Positions 47,802-57,402 of a DNA stretch of 64,000 nucleotides are shown here, piece after piece (position 1 is the first letter of the stretch; each line of letters begins with the position of its first letter). The stretch is taken from positions 1,238-65,237 of the forward strand of contig CAAFXS010000014.1 of the NCBI GenBank assembly GCA_900767025.1, in the 5' to 3' direction. The translations under genes were made by a program, and so were the position numbers. The notes beneath the pieces were generated by a model. The model searched no databases. It saw only the letters and a list, made by a program, of their open reading frames with translations, and had not been told where the DNA came from. Origin of the DNA: Clostridia bacterium (lineage in GTDB: Bacteria; Bacillota; Clostridia; Oscillospirales; Acutalibacteraceae).

Positions 47802-49063
47802 TTAGATTTTTTAACGGCAAAACACTGACAATGAAAGACGGCTTTGATATCACCGACCAAGAGGTTTGGGTTGACGGCAACAAAATATGCTATGTGGGTG
47901 AGAAAAAAGAAAACTGCAATCAGGCTTTTGAAAGAGAAATTGACCTTAACGGAAATCTGCTGATGCCAAGCTTTAAAAACGCACACACTCACTCGGCAAT
48001 GACCTTTTGCAGAAGCTTCAGTGACGATATGCCCCTGCAGGAGTGGCTTTATGACAGGATTTTTCCTATGGAGGCAAGGCTCACAGGTGAGGACATTTAC
48101 AAGTTTTCCAAAATTGCATTTCTCGAATACCTGACAAGCGGAATTACCGCCTGCTTTGATATGTACTATTTCCCGGAGGATATGGCAAGGGCAAGCGTTG
48201 AAACAGGCTTTCGCACTGTAATGTGCGGTGCGGTTAACAATTTTAAGGAGTCTGTTTCACTGCTGGAGGAATATTATAACAGGTACAACAGCTATAATGA
48301 GCTAATCGGTTACAGGCTTGGATTTCATGCAGAATACACCACCGACAAAGCAATAATGAAGGGCATTGCCAAGCTTGCTGACAAATACGAAGCTCCGGTA
48401 TTTACCCATTCAAGCGAAACCATGGAGGAAACGCAAAACTGCATTAATGCATACAACAAAACACCCACACAGCTTTTTGAAAGGCTTGGGCTTTTTGATT
48501 ACGGCGGAGGCGCTTTCCACAGTGTTTGGGTGGACGAAAAGGATTTGGATATTTACAAGAAGCACGGCGTTTATGCGGTTATTAATTCCGGCTCCAACTG
48601 CAAGCTTGCATCAGGGGTTGCACCCGTTCAAAAAATGCTTGACAATGGCGTTAATATTGCAATAGGCACCGACGGTGCAGGCTCCAACAACGGACTTGAT
48701 GTGTTCCGTGAAATGTATTTAACCTGCGTTTTGCAGAAAATTAAAAACAGAGATGCATCCTCAACCGACGCAAACAAAATTCTTCGCTCGGCAACCGTTG
48801 GCTCTGCAAGATGTATGGGACTTGATGACTGCGACTGTATTGACACAGGCAAAAAGGCAGATTTGATTGTTATTGATTTAAACAGACCGAGTATGCAGCC
48901 GATACACAATATTACCAAAAATCTTGTTTACAGCGGCTCAAAGGACTGTGTTAAGCTGACTATGGTTAACGGAAAAATCCTTTACGAAAACGGAGAATTC
49001 CCAACACTTGATATTGAAAAAATATATACCGAGGCAAATAATGCTGTTGAGAGAATAAAATAA
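47798..49063 (+). CDS. Amidohydrolase-family 5-methylthioadenosine/S-adenosylhomocysteine (or adenosine) deaminase, MtaD-like
   Basis: Metal ligands ...[10 protein letters not shown]... (HxH), ...FTHSSE..., ...[11 protein letters not shown].... 421 aa. Overlaps mtnA by 4 nt. Confidence 0.75.
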   Translation: MIRFFNGKTLTMKDGFDITDQEVWVDGNKICYVGEKKENCNQAFEREIDLNGNLLMPSFKNAHTHSAMTFCRSFSDDMPLQEWLYDRIFPMEARLTGEDIYKFSKIAFLEYLTSGITACFDMYYFPEDMARASVETGFRTVMCGAVNNFKESVSLLEEYYNRYNSYNELIGYRLGFHAEYTTDKAIMKGIAKLADKYEAPVFTHSSETMEETQNCINAYNKTPTQLFERLGLFDYGGGAFHSVWVDEKDLDIYKKHGVYAVINSGSNCKLASGVAPVQKMLDNGVNIAIGTDGAGSNNGLDVFREMYLTCVLQKIKNRDASSTDANKILRSATVGSARCMGLDDCDCIDTGKKADLIVIDLNRPSMQPIHNITKNLVYSGSKDCVKLTMVNGKILYENGEFPTLDIEKIYTEANNAVERIK

Positions 49064-49065
49064 CG

Positions 49066-49100
49066 CAAAAAAATCCCTGCAATAAAATGCAGGGATTTTT
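49066..49100 (+). terminator. Rho-independent terminator
   Basis: ATCCCTGC-aataaaa-TGCAGGGAT followed by TTTTT. Confidence 0.7.
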
Positions 49101-49121
49101 GAATTAAATCGCGGTTTGAGT

Positions 49122-49197
49122 GGTCGTTATGAACAACCGTAGGGGCGACTATCAGTCGCCCGCCAATTCGGGCGGATAATATCCGCCCCTACGATAA
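49122..49197 (+). repeat. REP/MITE-like structured repeat, copy 3
   Basis: GGTCGTTATGAACAACC-GTAGGGGCGACtatcaGTCGCCCG-ccaatt-CGGGCGGATaatATCCGCCC-CTACG. Near-identical to the reverse complement of 23097-23175. Confidence 0.75.
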
Positions 49198-49217
49198 CAC
49201 CGCAACAAGCCCTAATT

Positions 49218-49751
49218 TTACAGCTGAAAGCTATCTATGTAGCTATCTATACAGGTTTGAATAATTTCCTCTGCCACATCTCTTGGTCTAACCTCCGTAA
49301 CAGAGGTATTTTTGTTATGCTCAAGAGTTTTATACACCTCAAAGAAATGCTTGATTTCATCAAACCTATGCTGCGGTATCTGGTCAATATCGGTATAGCA
49401 GTTATAGTTAGGGTCGTTAACGGGAACGGCAATAATTTTTTCATCGCGGTCACCGTTATCCTCCATAATCAGCACACCGATGGGATAACAATCAACAATT
49501 GTCATAGGCTGAATTTTTTCACTGCAAAGCACAAGCACATCAAGAGGGTCGTTATCGCTGGCATAGGTTCTGGGAATAAAGCCGTAATTTGCAGGATAAT
49601 GAGTTGATGTGAAAAGCACGCGGTCAAGCTTCAGCATACCTGTTGCCTTGTCAAGCTCGTATTTGTTCTTACCGCCCTTGGAAATTTCAATAACAGCGTA
49701 AAACCTGTCCTTTTTAATTCTTTTGGGTGAGATGTCATGCCATATATTCAT
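49218..49751 (-). CDS. ppa: Inorganic pyrophosphatase (family I)
   Basis: Start at 49751 (MNIWHDI...; GGAGGCG RBS). ...DNDPLDVLV... and ...MEDNGDRDEKIIAV... active-site motifs. Confidence 0.88.
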   Translation of the reverse strand: MNIWHDISPKRIKKDRFYAVIEISKGGKNKYELDKATGMLKLDRVLFTSTHYPANYGFIPRTYASDNDPLDVLVLCSEKIQPMTIVDCYPIGVLIMEDNGDRDEKIIAVPVNDPNYNCYTDIDQIPQHRFDEIKHFFEVYKTLEHNKNTSVTEVRPRDVAEEIIQTCIDSYIDSFQL

Positions 49752-49923
49752 AATAAAACGCCTCCGCATTAAAAATTCACTGAATTTAAGTATATTATAC
49801 ATATTCTCAAGCAAATTTGCAACAAATATATACAACGCACTGTTAATATAACTATTGCTTTTTTAATGGAAAAATAATATAATGTTAATTAACACTTCAG
49901 AAAATTGAAAAACAGGAGGAATT

Positions 49924-51315
49924 ATGAGCGAGAAAAAAAGAAGCAGCTTCGGCGGTTCACTTGGATTTGTTCTTGCAGCGGCGGGCAGTGCCGTTGGACT
50001 TGGCAATATCTGGCGTTTTCCGTATCTGGCTGCAAAGGACAACGGAGGATTATTTATCCTCATTTACATTATCCTTGTGGTTACTTTCGGCTTTGCACTT
50101 TTGACAACAGAGGTTGCAATCGGAAGAAAAACCAAACAAAGCCCACTGACGGCTTACGGTAAAATCAATAAAAAATTCAAGGGCATCGGTACTCTTGCCA
50201 CTCTCGTACCCACAATTATTTTGCCTTATTACTGCGCTATCGGCGGCTGGGTGCTGAAATACCTGGCTGATTTCACAACAGGCAAGGGCTTTGACTCAGC
50301 GCAGGACGGATATTTCACCGGCTTTATTACCCAAAACATTTCACCTATTGTTACGATGCTTATTTTCCTTGGAATTACTGCTGCAGTAATTTTCGGCGGT
50401 GTTAACAAGGGTATTGAAAAATTAAGCCGCGTGCTTATGCCGATTTTGCTTATTCTTGTTATAGGAATATCCATATATTCCCTAACCTTGAGCTGCACTG
50501 ATGCTGACGGTGTTACAAGGACAGGCCTTGACGGTCTTAAGATTTATCTTATCCCTAACTTTGAGGGACTTACCTTTAAAACCTTCTTTGTAACTCTTAT
50601 GGACGCTATGGGTCAGCTGTTCTTCTCAATCAGCGTTGCTATGGGTATTATGATTACCTACGGCTCTTATGTTAGTGATGATACCAACCTTGTTAAATCC
50701 ATTAACAGAATTGAGTTTTTTGACACAATCGTTGCACTGCTTGCAGGTTTAATGATTGTACCTGCAGTTTATGTATTTATGGGCAAGGACGGTATGTCTG
50801 CAGGACCCTCGCTGATGTTTATTTCTCTGCCAAAGGTATTCGGAAATATGGGCACCATCGGCAATGTTATCGGATTTTTATTTTTCCTTATGGTTGCCTT
50901 TGCGGCTATTACTTCCTCCGTTTCGGTTATGGAGGCAATCGTTTCAAGTATTATGGACAGGTTCGGCTTTTCAAGGAAAAAGAGTGCTGTTATTGTTTTG
51001 ATTTATGCTGTTGTTGTGGGCACAATTGTTTGCCTTGGCTACAACAAGCTCTACTTTGAGCTTACACTTCCAAACGGTGCTGTTGCACAGATACTTGATA
51101 TACTTGACTATATCAGCAACAACATTCTTATGCCTCTTGTTGCTCTTCTCACCTGTATTCTTATCGGTTGGGTTGCAAAGCCGAAAACCATTATTGAAGA
51201 GGTTACCAAAAACGGCGAAAGATTTTCACGCAAGACTCTTTATGTTGTTATGATTAAATTTGTTGTTCCTATTCTTATTGCATTTTTGCTTGTTCAGGCT
51301 TTGGGAATATTTTAA
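49924..51315 (+). CDS. Neurotransmitter:sodium symporter (NSS/SNF) family transporter
   Basis: GLGNIWRFPYLAAKDNGG NSS signature in TM1. 12 TM. AGGAGGA RBS. Confidence 0.88.
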   Translation: MSEKKRSSFGGSLGFVLAAAGSAVGLGNIWRFPYLAAKDNGGLFILIYIILVVTFGFALLTTEVAIGRKTKQSPLTAYGKINKKFKGIGTLATLVPTIILPYYCAIGGWVLKYLADFTTGKGFDSAQDGYFTGFITQNISPIVTMLIFLGITAAVIFGGVNKGIEKLSRVLMPILLILVIGISIYSLTLSCTDADGVTRTGLDGLKIYLIPNFEGLTFKTFFVTLMDAMGQLFFSISVAMGIMITYGSYVSDDTNLVKSINRIEFFDTIVALLAGLMIVPAVYVFMGKDGMSAGPSLMFISLPKVFGNMGTIGNVIGFLFFLMVAFAAITSSVSVMEAIVSSIMDRFGFSRKKSAVIVLIYAVVVGTIVCLGYNKLYFELTLPNGAVAQILDILDYISNNILMPLVALLTCILIGWVAKPKTIIEEVTKNGERFSRKTLYVVMIKFVVPILIAFLLVQALGIF

Positions 51316-51321
51316 CTATAC

Positions 51322-51352
51322 GAGGGAGGGTGTAAAAGCCCTCCCCTGTAAA
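51322..51352 (+). terminator. Possible terminator hairpin after the NSS gene
   Basis: GAGGGAGGG-tgtaaaag-CCCTCCCC stem with a weak T tract. Confidence 0.4.
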
Positions 51353-51395
51353 AATTATAAACAATATTATTTGTTATAAAGAAAGGACTATAACT

Positions 51396-52802
51396 ATGGG
51401 AGGATTTTTTGCGGCAGCGTCCAAAGAGGACTGTGTTTTTGACCTGTTTTTCGGAGTAGACTACCACTCACACCTGGGAACAAGGCGTGCCGGTATGGCA
51501 GTTTGGAGCAAGGAAAACGGCTTTGACAAAGCAATCCACAACATTGAAAACGCACCCTTCAGGACAAAGTTCACCAAGGAATCAAATGAAATGAAAGGAA
51601 CTCTGGGAATAGGCTGTATTTCCGATTTTGAGGCTCAGCCAATCCTTGTGCGTTCACATCACGGCACCTTTGCCATTACCACCGTCGGTAAAATCAATAA
51701 TGCGGATGAGATTGTTGACGGTATTATAAAATCAAACACCCATTTCTTTGAAATGCAAAACGGTGACATCAACCCTACGGAGCTTGTTGCCGCTATCATT
51801 AATCAAAAGGAAAATTTCATTGAGGGTATCAAATATGCCCAGGAAATTGTTGACGGCTCACTGAGTATGCTTATTCTCACGCCAAAGGGCATTTACTGCG
51901 CAAGAGATAAGATGGGCAGAACTCCTATTGTTATCGGACAAAAGGAGGACGGCTTCTGTGCCAGCTTTGAAAGCTTTGCCTATCTTAACTTGGGTTACAG
52001 TGATTACAAGGAGCTTGGCCCCGGTGAAATCGTTGTTATGACCGACAGTGAGGTTAAAACCCTTGTTGCACCGGGAAAGGATATGAAAATATGCACCTTC
52101 CTGTGGATTTACTACGGCTATCCGTCATCCTCATACGAAGGCATCAGCGTTGAGAAAATGCGTTACAACTGCGGAACAGCCCTTGCAAAAAGGGATAATG
52201 TTAAGCCCGATATTGTTGCAGGCGTTCCGGATTCAGGCGTTGCCCACGCAATCGGATATTCAAATGAGTCGGGTATCCCCTTCTCCCGTCCCTTTGTTAA
52301 ATACACTCCAACCTGGCCACGTTCATTTATGCCAACCCATCAGAGCAAGAGAAATCTTATTGCGAAGATGAAGCTGATTCCCGTTCGTGATTTAATTGAG
52401 GGCAAAAGCCTGCTTTTAATTGACGATTCAATCGTAAGGGGCACTCAGCTTAGAGAAACGACAGAGTTCCTTTACAACAGCGGAGCTAAGGAGGTACATA
52501 TAAGACCTGCCTGTCCGCCACTGTTCTTTGGTTGTAAATACCTTAATTTCTCACGCTCAACCTCTGAAATGGAGCTGATAACACGCCGTGTTATTAAGGA
52601 GCTTGAGGGCGGTGAGCCTGATGAAAAAACACTTAAAGAGTACATTGACCCGGACAGCGAAAAGTATCAGCGGATGATTGATAAAATCTGTGAAAAGCTG
52701 CATTTTACATCATTAAGATACCACCGACTTGACGATATGATTGATTCGGTAGGCATCGGTGCAGATAAGCTTTGTACTTATTGCTGGAACGGCGAGGAAT
52801 AA
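51396..52802 (+). CDS. Amidophosphoribosyltransferase-family (PurF-like) protein with a 12-residue propeptide-like N-terminus
   Basis: ...KEDCVFDLFFG... resembles the B. subtilis PurF EEC-GVFGIWGH propeptide junction. PRTase motifs ...VPDSGVAHAIGY... and ...LLLIDDSIVRGTQ.... C-terminal CTYCWNG Cys pair. Confidence 0.65.
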   Translation: MGGFFAAASKEDCVFDLFFGVDYHSHLGTRRAGMAVWSKENGFDKAIHNIENAPFRTKFTKESNEMKGTLGIGCISDFEAQPILVRSHHGTFAITTVGKINNADEIVDGIIKSNTHFFEMQNGDINPTELVAAIINQKENFIEGIKYAQEIVDGSLSMLILTPKGIYCARDKMGRTPIVIGQKEDGFCASFESFAYLNLGYSDYKELGPGEIVVMTDSEVKTLVAPGKDMKICTFLWIYYGYPSSSYEGISVEKMRYNCGTALAKRDNVKPDIVAGVPDSGVAHAIGYSNESGIPFSRPFVKYTPTWPRSFMPTHQSKRNLIAKMKLIPVRDLIEGKSLLLIDDSIVRGTQLRETTEFLYNSGAKEVHIRPACPPLFFGCKYLNFSRSTSEMELITRRVIKELEGGEPDEKTLKEYIDPDSEKYQRMIDKICEKLHFTSLRYHRLDDMIDSVGIGADKLCTYCWNGEE

Positions 52803-52810
52803 TGAATAAC

Positions 52811-52847
52811 AAAAAGGTGTTGACCGCTTGGTCAACACCTTTTTTTG
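52811..52847. terminator. Bidirectional Rho-independent terminator
   Basis: AGGTGTTGACC-gctt-GGTCAACACCT flanked by AAAAA and TTTTTTT. Confidence 0.75.
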
Positions 52848-55496
52848 TTAGAAATTTACTGTTTTTGTTTCGCCGGGGTTAAAGGAAAGAGTTTGCTCTG
52901 AACCGTTATAGGTCACTTTTATTTCCTGCTTAATCTTTGAGGTTATAGTTGCCTGAACAGTGCCCTGTGACATATCCCATTTAAGACTGTCAACAGTTGC
53001 TCGTGTTCTGGCGTTAATGCCTGTAATCTCACCCTTTTCAAGTCCCTTTGGCAGAGCCGGAAGGAGTCCGATTTCACCCTCATTTGAATACACAAGAGCC
53101 TCGTTGATAATTCCGAGATAGCCGATTGCAAAGTCGGTACAATAGCCGCTTCCCCTGTCGTAATCGTGGTTTGTCATAAGTGAATTATAGTAAATCCTAT
53201 GATTCATCAGATTTGCCAAAGCGTCGGTAAGGCTTTCGCTATCCTTAAGCCTTGCGGCAATAAGTGAACGGTGAACAAGTGCGTGTGACGCCTCGTTTTC
53301 GCTTTCACGGTTGGCTATTGCCTGAAGGCAGGCATTTTTCAGCTCCTCATTATTCTGTGTTTCAAACAGGGGCCAAACGCCGTAAAGGTGGCTTAAGTGC
53401 CTGTGCTCGTTATTTTCCTCAAAGGCAGTAGTTGCCCACTCCTTCAGTGCGCCTGTTTCGTCATAGAGATAAGGTGGAAGCTTATCCATAAGTGCCTGCC
53501 ACTGTGATGTGTCGGCACTGCTGTCAAGCTCCTTCATAACTGAAATCAGCATTTCAAGATTATTTCTGCAGGCAGAAATATCAATAGCGCAGTTGGCATC
53601 CGACGGGCTTGGGTAATTTGACGGATTATTCTCCGGCGAATAGCTTGGCAAAATACAATAGGTTTCATCCTCTGCTAATTCTGCTTTGCCCTGCTCGTAA
53701 TGAATACCGCCATTAGCGTCGGTATAATATTCGGGTGTAAGAAGCTGATTCCAATAATTTGCAGACTTTGTCAAAAGCGGAAGAAGTACATTTTCAAGGA
53801 GCTTGAGCTTGCCTTGACCTTCAATTTGTTTGACATCGGCATCTGTCAAATCAAGGATATCCTTAACTGCCTGTAGGTCGAATTCGTCACTGAGAGGAAT
53901 ATCAATATTTCCGTAGGTTTGATATGTTTCATAAAGGGGCTGAAGCATCCAGGAGGTGCCTGCGTTCCAATACCTAAAGGGATAAGGATAGCAGGTTTCG
54001 GTAATTACCGCTTTATCGCCGTCGGTATTAACAGGTGCCTGAATGGCATTTGTAAAGCCGTGGGTTGCATATGCATTTTCCTGCCAGTCGGGAAGCTGAC
54101 GGAGTATAAAATAAGTATAGCCTATGGGGCTTGAGCTGATATTACCTGTGTTCATTGAAGATGTTTGCAGGTTAACATTTGCATCCATAGTATACTTACT
54201 GCCCCATTTTGTATTCCACTCGCCTGTCCACATACCGTAAAGACGGCTTGTTGAATAACCCGAACAGCAAAGATAAGCATATCTGCCTGAATAGTAGGCT
54301 CTTTGTGCAAGAGCAGGATTGATTTCGTCCTTGCCTTTCTGCTCCTTCAGGAGAGCTTCGTTTGACTTTTCACTGTTTTCAAAGCTAACCGTAACTGCAT
54401 CAAACTGTGGCTGATATATTGCAAGATGTGAATTAAGGGCAGAGTTGTAATCAAAATCTCCGTTAATCGTGTACTTATCCGCCACTGCCTTTGCGTCACT
54501 GTAAAGACCGGTTACAAGGTCATAGTCAGTTTGACCTTCAAAATCGGCAAAGGCGCTCATATCATATGTTCTGCCGCTGATTGTTATGAGATAAACCGCA
54601 TCGGCGTCGGTAATTTTAACACCGCCGTTTTCACCGCAGAAAATATTTTCCTCCGTATTTTTATCGAGGATTGCTTTTTCCCTGCTTCCGCCAACATTAA
54701 CTACATATGTAACGGTTGCGTAGCCTCCGTTTTTCAGCTCACTGTTTTCGTAGTCGGGGTAATGAGCCGTAAGTGCAAGCATATCGCCGTTTTCGGAAAC
54801 AAGCTTTTTATACTTAATATTAACCTCGTCACTGCTGCCGAAATTAGCAAGAGTTGAAAGGTCATCATATGAAAGTGTTACATTTACCTTAGCACCCTCG
54901 GATGAAGATGCAAGCTGTGTAATAACTGCTCCGTCTGACATTGAGGTAAAGGATTTCCTTTCCCAAGTGCCGTTTTTATCGGTAAAGCGTACACCCACCT
55001 GTGAGGTTTCGTAATCGGTATACCTTACATAGTCCTTTGCGTTATTCTTTTCAAAATCAAGCCTGAGCTGACCGCCCGGATGAAAACGGTAAACATCATC
55101 ATAGCTGGCATTGTCAACAATATCCTCACCCTTGACGATATTCTGTTTAACCGTTTCAAGCTCGTCAAAGGTTTCGGGGCAATAACGCACATTTGGGTTA
55201 GGCATAATAAAATGCATATACTGATAGATAAATGTGTCACTGTAGGGAGAACCGCTTTCAACAAAGCCCTGAAGACCGTTGCCGGAAACCATACCCTGAC
55301 GCCATTTTTTAGTGCTGTTGGTTTTATTATTTTTTAGCTCCGTATACTTTGTGCTGTAAGAAACCTTTGACTCATCGGCAAAGAGTCCGTCTATTTTTGC
55401 ACTGTCGGTTTTAATTGCAGTGCAGGAGGCCATTGACCACACCGACACCGCACAAAGCACAAGGCACAAGCCTTTCTTAATCTTATTTTTAATCAT
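52848..55496 (-). CDS. Secreted lipoprotein glycoside hydrolase, GH95-like (alpha-L-fucosidase-type six-hairpin enzyme). Family assignment tentative
   Basis: Lipoprotein signal MIKNKIKKGLCLVLCAVSVWSMASC. The N-terminal ...GMVSGNGLQGFVESG... resembles the GH95 N-domain GNGRLGAMVFG motif. ...DANVNLQTSSMNTG... resembles GH95 catalytic-region motifs. 882 aa. Confidence 0.5.
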   Translation of the reverse strand: MIKNKIKKGLCLVLCAVSVWSMASCTAIKTDSAKIDGLFADESKVSYSTKYTELKNNKTNSTKKWRQGMVSGNGLQGFVESGSPYSDTFIYQYMHFIMPNPNVRYCPETFDELETVKQNIVKGEDIVDNASYDDVYRFHPGGQLRLDFEKNNAKDYVRYTDYETSQVGVRFTDKNGTWERKSFTSMSDGAVITQLASSSEGAKVNVTLSYDDLSTLANFGSSDEVNIKYKKLVSENGDMLALTAHYPDYENSELKNGGYATVTYVVNVGGSREKAILDKNTEENIFCGENGGVKITDADAVYLITISGRTYDMSAFADFEGQTDYDLVTGLYSDAKAVADKYTINGDFDYNSALNSHLAIYQPQFDAVTVSFENSEKSNEALLKEQKGKDEINPALAQRAYYSGRYAYLCCSGYSTSRLYGMWTGEWNTKWGSKYTMDANVNLQTSSMNTGNISSSPIGYTYFILRQLPDWQENAYATHGFTNAIQAPVNTDGDKAVITETCYPYPFRYWNAGTSWMLQPLYETYQTYGNIDIPLSDEFDLQAVKDILDLTDADVKQIEGQGKLKLLENVLLPLLTKSANYWNQLLTPEYYTDANGGIHYEQGKAELAEDETYCILPSYSPENNPSNYPSPSDANCAIDISACRNNLEMLISVMKELDSSADTSQWQALMDKLPPYLYDETGALKEWATTAFEENNEHRHLSHLYGVWPLFETQNNEELKNACLQAIANRESENEASHALVHRSLIAARLKDSESLTDALANLMNHRIYYNSLMTNHDYDRGSGYCTDFAIGYLGIINEALVYSNEGEIGLLPALPKGLEKGEITGINARTRATVDSLKWDMSQGTVQATITSKIKQEIKVTYNGSEQTLSFNPGETKTVNF

Positions 55497-55660
55497 ATAA
55501 ATTTCACCTCAATGATATTCATTTACTGATAGTCCTAAACTTTTTAATAAGTGTTTTCATAACAGGTAATATACCCGTCAAAGGTGCCGGCAAAGAGCCT
55601 GCCCTCTGCAAGAGCAATTTCCCCCAATAGATAACAGACATATTGTATTAGTTTAATAAT

Positions 55661-57016
55661 TTACGGTCTGTAAGCGCCGGTACGGCAGACCTCTATTTTG
55701 TCAATATACGGCTCTTTTCTGCATTCCTCAATAACCAGCTTAAGACTGTCGGTAACAACCGGCTTATTGAAAATTGCAATTTTTGAAAAGCCCACAACCG
55801 TGCCGTTATAAACACAGATGTCATTTGCATAAATTTTGAATTTTTCAATTCTCTGTGATTTTGTGGTATCCTCGGAAATACGGATACGGTCAACGGACTG
55901 CTTGTTAAAATTAATATTAATCACCTTTTTATCCGGTGACATTTCATATGTACTGTCAATAACGCAATCGTCCTCTTTTTTCAGCCACTGACCCATTTGA
56001 TTAAGTCGGCGGACATCTCTTTTTGAGAACTGACCCTTCCTGTTAGGCGGAATATTTAAAATCAAAAGGCTGTTACCACCCACAGAGCCGTAGTAAATGC
56101 TCATAAGCCTGTGCAATGATTTAAGGGTTAAGGTCTGCATCGGGTGATGGAACCAGCCAAGCCTTATGGAAACATCAACCTCTGCCGGATACCACATAAA
56201 TGAATTGTAGTTGGCAAGAAATTCTCTTGAGCCCATATCCTTAATCATAATATCCTGGCACTGTTTTTGGAATTTTTTAAGGTTGTCATCGGTTTGGCAT
56301 CCCTCTGCAATATTCTGCTTCTCGTACTGAAATTTGGGAACAACATTCCATTCGCTTTCCCTTGCTTTACCGCTTTCGTTACCCACCCAGCGAACATCGG
56401 GAGCACAGCCTGACATAACAATATTAGGCTGAAGCTTAAGGGCGGTTGACCAAATTCGCTCAAAATCATACTGCTGTTTAGGCTTGCCGTCTGCGTCGGA
56501 ACCGCAGGCACCGTCAAGCCACAGCATAAAGATTTCACCGTAATTTGTTAAAAGCTCGGTTAACTGTTCAATGTAAAAATTATTGTATGCTGGTGTTCCG
56601 TAAAGCTCACTGTTTCTGTCCCAAGGGGAAAGGTAAACACCGAACTTTAATCCGTATTTTCTGCAGGAGTCGGAAAGCTCACGCACCACATCGCCTTTTC
56701 CGTTTTTATAAGGACTGTTCCTTATGCAGTGCTCGGTGGTTTTTGTCTGCCACAGGCAAAAGCCGTCGTGATGCTTACAGGTTAACACAACACCCTTCAT
56801 ACCTGCTGATTTTATTGCCCTGCACCACTGGTCTGTATCCTGATTAGAAGGATTGAACACAGAGGTTGATTCCTTACCGCTGCCCCATTCCTTGCCCGTA
56901 AATGTGTTAACTGTGTAATGCACAAAGGCGTAAAACTTCATATCCTGAACTATCAGCTGACGCTCATTGGGCACTATTGAGGTGTAAAGGTCAATTCTGT
57001 CCTGACTTGTTTCCAT
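55661..57016 (-). CDS. GH29 alpha-L-fucosidase
   Basis: ...VVLTCKHHDGFCLWQT... (GH29 HHDGF motif) and ...LWLDGA.... 451 aa. AAGGAGAAAGCT RBS. Confidence 0.82.
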   Translation of the reverse strand: METSQDRIDLYTSIVPNERQLIVQDMKFYAFVHYTVNTFTGKEWGSGKESTSVFNPSNQDTDQWCRAIKSAGMKGVVLTCKHHDGFCLWQTKTTEHCIRNSPYKNGKGDVVRELSDSCRKYGLKFGVYLSPWDRNSELYGTPAYNNFYIEQLTELLTNYGEIFMLWLDGACGSDADGKPKQQYDFERIWSTALKLQPNIVMSGCAPDVRWVGNESGKARESEWNVVPKFQYEKQNIAEGCQTDDNLKKFQKQCQDIMIKDMGSREFLANYNSFMWYPAEVDVSIRLGWFHHPMQTLTLKSLHRLMSIYYGSVGGNSLLILNIPPNRKGQFSKRDVRRLNQMGQWLKKEDDCVIDSTYEMSPDKKVININFNKQSVDRIRISEDTTKSQRIEKFKIYANDICVYNGTVVGFSKIAIFNKPVVTDSLKLVIEECRKEPYIDKIEVCRTGAYRP

Positions 57017-57058
57017 AGCTTTCTCCTTGTTACATATATTTTTACTACATAACCATTC

Positions 57059-57215
57059 GACTTTAGTTTATCATAAGGCTTTAAGAAAGTAAAGTAATGA
57101 ATAACCATAATGTACTAAAGTCACACATCGCGTCGCAAAAACATCTTTAGTTGAGTACAGAGCCAGAAAAGGCAGTACAATAACTGTGTTACCTACCTGT
57201 TACCAACGAGTTACC
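57059..57215. promoter_or_regulatory. Upstream region of the GH29 gene with two sets of repeats (candidate transcription-factor sites)
   Basis: GACTTTAGT (57059-57067), its inverted copy ACTAAAGTC (57114-57122) and TCTTTAGTT (57145-57153). Three direct repeats GTTACC(t/a)AC at 57188, 57199 and 57210, with exact 11-bp phasing. Confidence 0.35.
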
Positions 57216-57242
57216 AACTAAGCAGAAATATTTATAATTTAT

Positions 57243-57356
57243 ATCTAACAACTGCGGGGGCAGGACCGAGGGAAAGGCAGTAGCTACGAAACAGTCCACA
57301 GGACTGTTTCTCCCAAATTGCAAAGCAATTTGGAGCCTCCTGTCGCAGATTCGTGT
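57243..57356. repeat. Structured non-coding element in the 3-prime flank of tRNA-fMet
   Basis: A 14-nt direct repeat of the tRNA 3-prime end, TGCGGGGGCAGGAC (57243-57256; the tRNA copy is at 57408-57421). Hairpin GAAACAGTCC-aca-GGACTGTTTC (57278-57300). Hairpin CCAAATTGC-aaa-GCAATTTGG. A degenerate inverted copy of the tRNA variable-loop/T-arm, GTCGCAGaTTCGtGTCCTGC (57332-57351). Confidence 0.6.
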
Positions 57357-57370
57357 CCTGCAATTATATG

Positions 57371-57400
57371 AAAAAAAGCACACCGAATGGTGTGCTTTTC
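57371..57400 (-). terminator. Rho-independent terminator of tRNA-fMet (bidirectional)
   Basis: AAAAGCACACC-gaat-GGTGTGCTTTT. Confidence 0.75.
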
Positions 57401-57402
57401 AA

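Noticed and set aside
23097-49197. Inverted near-identical REP copies as ends of a 26-kb composite transposon or invertible segment
   Set aside because: The enclosed region carries core genes (arg operon, carAB, tRNAs, methionine salvage) and no transposase, recombinase or integrase. A third variant copy lies inside it. The copies are more simply members of a dispersed REP/MITE family, although recombination between them could still invert the segment.
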